From the NCBI GenBank assembly GCA_004431415.1, contig QPMI01000343.1:1-30387 (forward strand): 30,387 nt of DNA, read 5' to 3'. Position 1 is the first letter of the stretch; each line of letters starts with the position of its first letter. This DNA comes from Cyanophora paradoxa CCMP329. Lineage: Eukaryota; Plantae; Glaucophyta. A model generated the notes under the pieces. The model ran no database searches. It was not told the origin of the DNA and saw only the letters and a list, made by a program, of their open reading frames with translations. Positions 27,601-30,387 of this stretch are shown here, piece after piece. The position numbers and the translations under genes are program-made.

Positions 27601-28617
27601 CCCGAGCTCCGCCACGTGCTGCGCCCCGCTCGAGGCTCGGAGCGCAGGGCGGGGGCGGGCGGCGCGCACTGCTCCTCCTGAGTCGGGTACTCGTTCGTCG
27701 TGCTGCGCCCTGGCCCGTCATCCCCGACCCGCCCCGCCCCGGCCCAGCATGCCCGCTACCCCCCGCGCACCACACGAAGAGGTCCTGCGCGCCGCAGGGA
27801 GCCAGGTCACGCGCGGGGCGGGGCGGGGCAGGGCGGGGCGGGGCGGGGCGGGGCGGGGCGGGGGCCGCTGGGCCGGGAGGGGCTCACGGGGTCGCCCTTG
27901 ACGGCCTGGAGGGCGATGGGGACCTTGCCGGGCTCCAGCACACGGAACGCGAAGTGTGCGTACTCGTTGTAGAGGACCATGCCGGAGTAGGGCTCGCCGG
28001 GCTGCAGCTGGTGGTGGCGGCTCTCCCAGCGGCCCTCGACGAGGAGGATGGAGCGGACGTTGTTGAAGAGGGAGCGGAAGCCCTCCTGGAGGACCTCCGA
28101 CGAGGCGAGCAGCAGCTCCGTCTTCGACGCCGCCCGCACCGAGAGCGCCCCGCGCGCCCCGAGCCCCCGCACGCTCTTCGACCCGAACGCCAGCGCTATG
28201 TTGAGCTGCCCCCGCGCGGTCACTGCGGTGAAGTGGCGTCGAAGAGGGCAGAAGCGCACCGCATTTTGCAGCGTTCGCCACTTCGGCCGCTTCATCGAGC
28301 CTCCTGGCGCCCCGATCCCGCGCGAGGCCCCGCGCGAGCCCGAGCGGGAGCCCGAGCGGGAGGCGTCCACGCTGAGGGCCTCCGCCGCAGCCTCGATTGA
28401 AGCAAGCAGCCGGCGCAGCCGCTCGTTCTCCCCCTGCGCCGGCAGATCGGCAAGAAGAAGAAGAACTGTATATGAATAAGAAGTCGTTAAACAATTCCCC
28501 TACCTGCACAAGCCCTTGCTCCCCGTCCCGCAGCACGTCGTTGAACGCTTGCAGCTGCTCCAAAAGCGTTTCGGCCCCCTCATCCTCCCCGCCGCTGTCA
28601 TCCGCGCCCATGACCAT
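24650..28617 (-). CDS. Unknown protein with two PPC-like beta-sandwich repeats and a long Pro/Ala-rich tail; start and some exons uncertain
   Basis: Spliced repeats GDPDLFVC...YPTQEEHTWRSSGEGDDRI...IFVGVRG and GDADIFVS...LPTEETATWRSAAAGDDVV...FVIGVRG; terminal ORF ends TAG at 24650. Confidence 0.65.
24684..25519. repeat. Intragenic ~185-bp direct duplication (24684-24868 / 25335-25519)
   Basis: Near-identical DNA encoding APKSALKKSKYEAAEGGEAAAEAVAPAAPGDFFSKKRRPPPPATSFR twice. Confidence 0.93.
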
Positions 28618-29055
28618 AGCTATAGCTAATGCTCCCCTACTCTCGCGAGCTCTCACTTGCCAGGCCTCGGCCTCATCGTGCACAGACTGCTGGAACAGCA
28701 GGGCTCCGCTGGAGCTGCGCCTCGCTAGTGAAAGAGGCTGAGTGGGACTTGCGACAAAGCTTCCAGATACTGCTGCTACCGCGTTGCTTGCTAGCTAGTG
28801 AAAGAGGCTGACGGCAAAGCGAGGCGTTCCAAGAGAATGACTAGCGCTATAGTCAGCGACGAGCTCGATGCTGAGAGCGGTGCCCACGGTGGCTGAAGAA
28901 GGCTTTTCGGAGGGGTATAAGTGAAGAAGGGGCTTCTGAGGACTGCAGGGTTCAGCTAGCTAGGAAATCGGCGGCTATTTTCGCGCTGCGAGCACGCTCA
29001 GGCACACGCTCAGGCACACGTCAGGCTCAGTGCGGTTCCGCGCGTTGTGTGGGCC

Positions 29056-30097
29056 ATGAGCGGCAAGCAGAAGAACTTCCGCAAGAAGAAGGCCATCGCC
29101 TCTGACGAGGAGGGCAGCCACGAGCTCGACAAGTACGATCGGCCGCCCTCGGACCACGCCTCCCCGCGCACGCTCACGCCTGTGCAGAGATGCGCTGCAG
29201 GACATCAAGCTGATGCAGCGTGAACGCGGGCGCAAGAAGGGCCTGACAGCCGAGGAGCTCATCGTGGGCGCGCCGTTGGGCTCGGACGAGGAGGGCCCCA
29301 AGTACGGCCTGCAGAAGCGGAAGGCGGCGGACGCGGACGAGAAGGATATGACCCAGCTGGAGTCGACGTTCACGACGCAACAGGACACAGCGGAAGTCGA
29401 CGAGCACATGTGCGCTCGGCCCTTGGCGCGCTCCTGCGGGGGCCGAGCGCGCGGGCGCGGCGCAGGGAGAAATTCATCCAAGAGGAGATGGCGAGGCGGC
29501 GCGGGGAGGGAGGGGAGAAGAAGAAGGAAGAGGAGAAGCCGAAGTCGCGCGAGGACGAGCTCTACACCATCCCCGCGCACCTCAAGGCCCGCCCCGGCGC
29601 CCCGCCAGCCCGGCCCCGCTCACGCGGCGCCCCGCAGGCCAAGTCGAAGATCGTGGAGGACACGGCGGGGGCCTGGCTGACCGGCATCATGGAGGTCCAG
29701 CTCCCCATCGAGTGCGGGCGCCCCCGCGCCGGCCAGGGGTCCGGGCTGCGGCTCACGGCGCGCAGCTACAAGCTGAAGAACATCGAGGAGACCGAGGCGG
29801 CGAAGCGGAGGATGATCGAGGAGCGCAAGGCCCGCATGGCCTCCTCGTCCGCCGCCCCGCCCGCCCCGCCCCGCCCCGCGCGTCCGACGGGCCGGCGGCG
29901 GCAGCACGGGGATCTCGACGGGGGTGGTGAACTACAACGCGGCGTACTCGCAGCACGCGGCACTGCGGCGGGCGGAGGTGCGGGCGCCGGGGGCGGAGGG
30001 GGCGGAGGAGGAGCGGGGGAGGAAGCGGGCGGCGGCCTCGTCGGACGACGCTGCCCTGCGCCGCTTCAAGGCCTACGCCGCCTCCAAGAAGCGCTAG
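29056..30097 (+). CDS. C9orf78/HCA59/Tls1-family spliceosome-associated protein
   Basis: MSGKQKNFRKK, VDEHMEKFIQEEM, EDELYTIPAHLK, WLTGIMEVQLPIEYKLKNIEETEAAK, SSDDAALRRFK; TAG at 30095-30097. Confidence 0.88.
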
Positions 30098-30316
30098 CCC
30101 CGCCCCGCCCCGCCCCTCGCCCCCCGCCCCGCCCGCCCCTCCCGCTGTCGCCACCCCGACGACGATTAGCCGCCCGCGACCCATCCGCTTCTGCTCGACA
30201 GCCCCACACACGCACGCCCGCCCCCGACGCCCCCTCTTACCCCGTACCATCACCAGTCTCGCGCGAACCCGCGGATTCAAAAAAGGAACGCCAGGCGATG
30301 GACACGGCTGGGGGGT

Positions 30317-30387
<71 letters not shown>

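Noticed and set aside
28724-28811. 18-bp direct repeat GCTAGTGAAAGAGGCTGA, and 12-bp tandem at 28993-29030
   Set aside because: Real, but only small local duplications with no further support for function.
30311-30387. Terminal poly-G run (also 24311-24332)
   Set aside because: Most likely a sequencing or assembly artefact or homopolymer overcall; not a telomere repeat.

Overview
Eukaryotic, GC-rich, gene-dense nuclear DNA with many short (~45-70 nt) spliceosomal introns. Cyanobacterial-type plastid genes and an MAF-starting transit peptide suggest a glaucophyte alga such as Cyanophora (inference). Nine intron-containing genes can be read: ARC6/Ftn2 (+), a C12orf56/DUF4551-like gene (-), RPL10 (-), PYM1 (+), cytosolic GAPDH (-), an Mpv17/PMP22 protein (-), formate-tetrahydrofolate ligase with a probable plastid transit peptide (+), an ABCI11/NAP14-type ABC ATPase (+) and C9orf78/Tls1 (+). 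A tenth is an unknown PPC-repeat, Pro/Ala-rich protein (-). The intergenic DNA holds several copies of a non-autonomous terminal-inverted-repeat (TIR) element family, a captured gene fragment, a solo LTR whose empty site lies in the window, and a 410-bp inverted duplication. The most striking observation is a recurring mutational signature: a 3-mer X in one repeat copy becomes X-revcomp(X)-X (+6 bp) in another. About ten cases can be polarised by alignment within the window, and many more occur in non-coding DNA, sometimes iterated. This suggests a very active hairpin-type excision/repair or template-switch process. Gene models were spliced by eye and family assignments come from recalled motifs; no searches were run.
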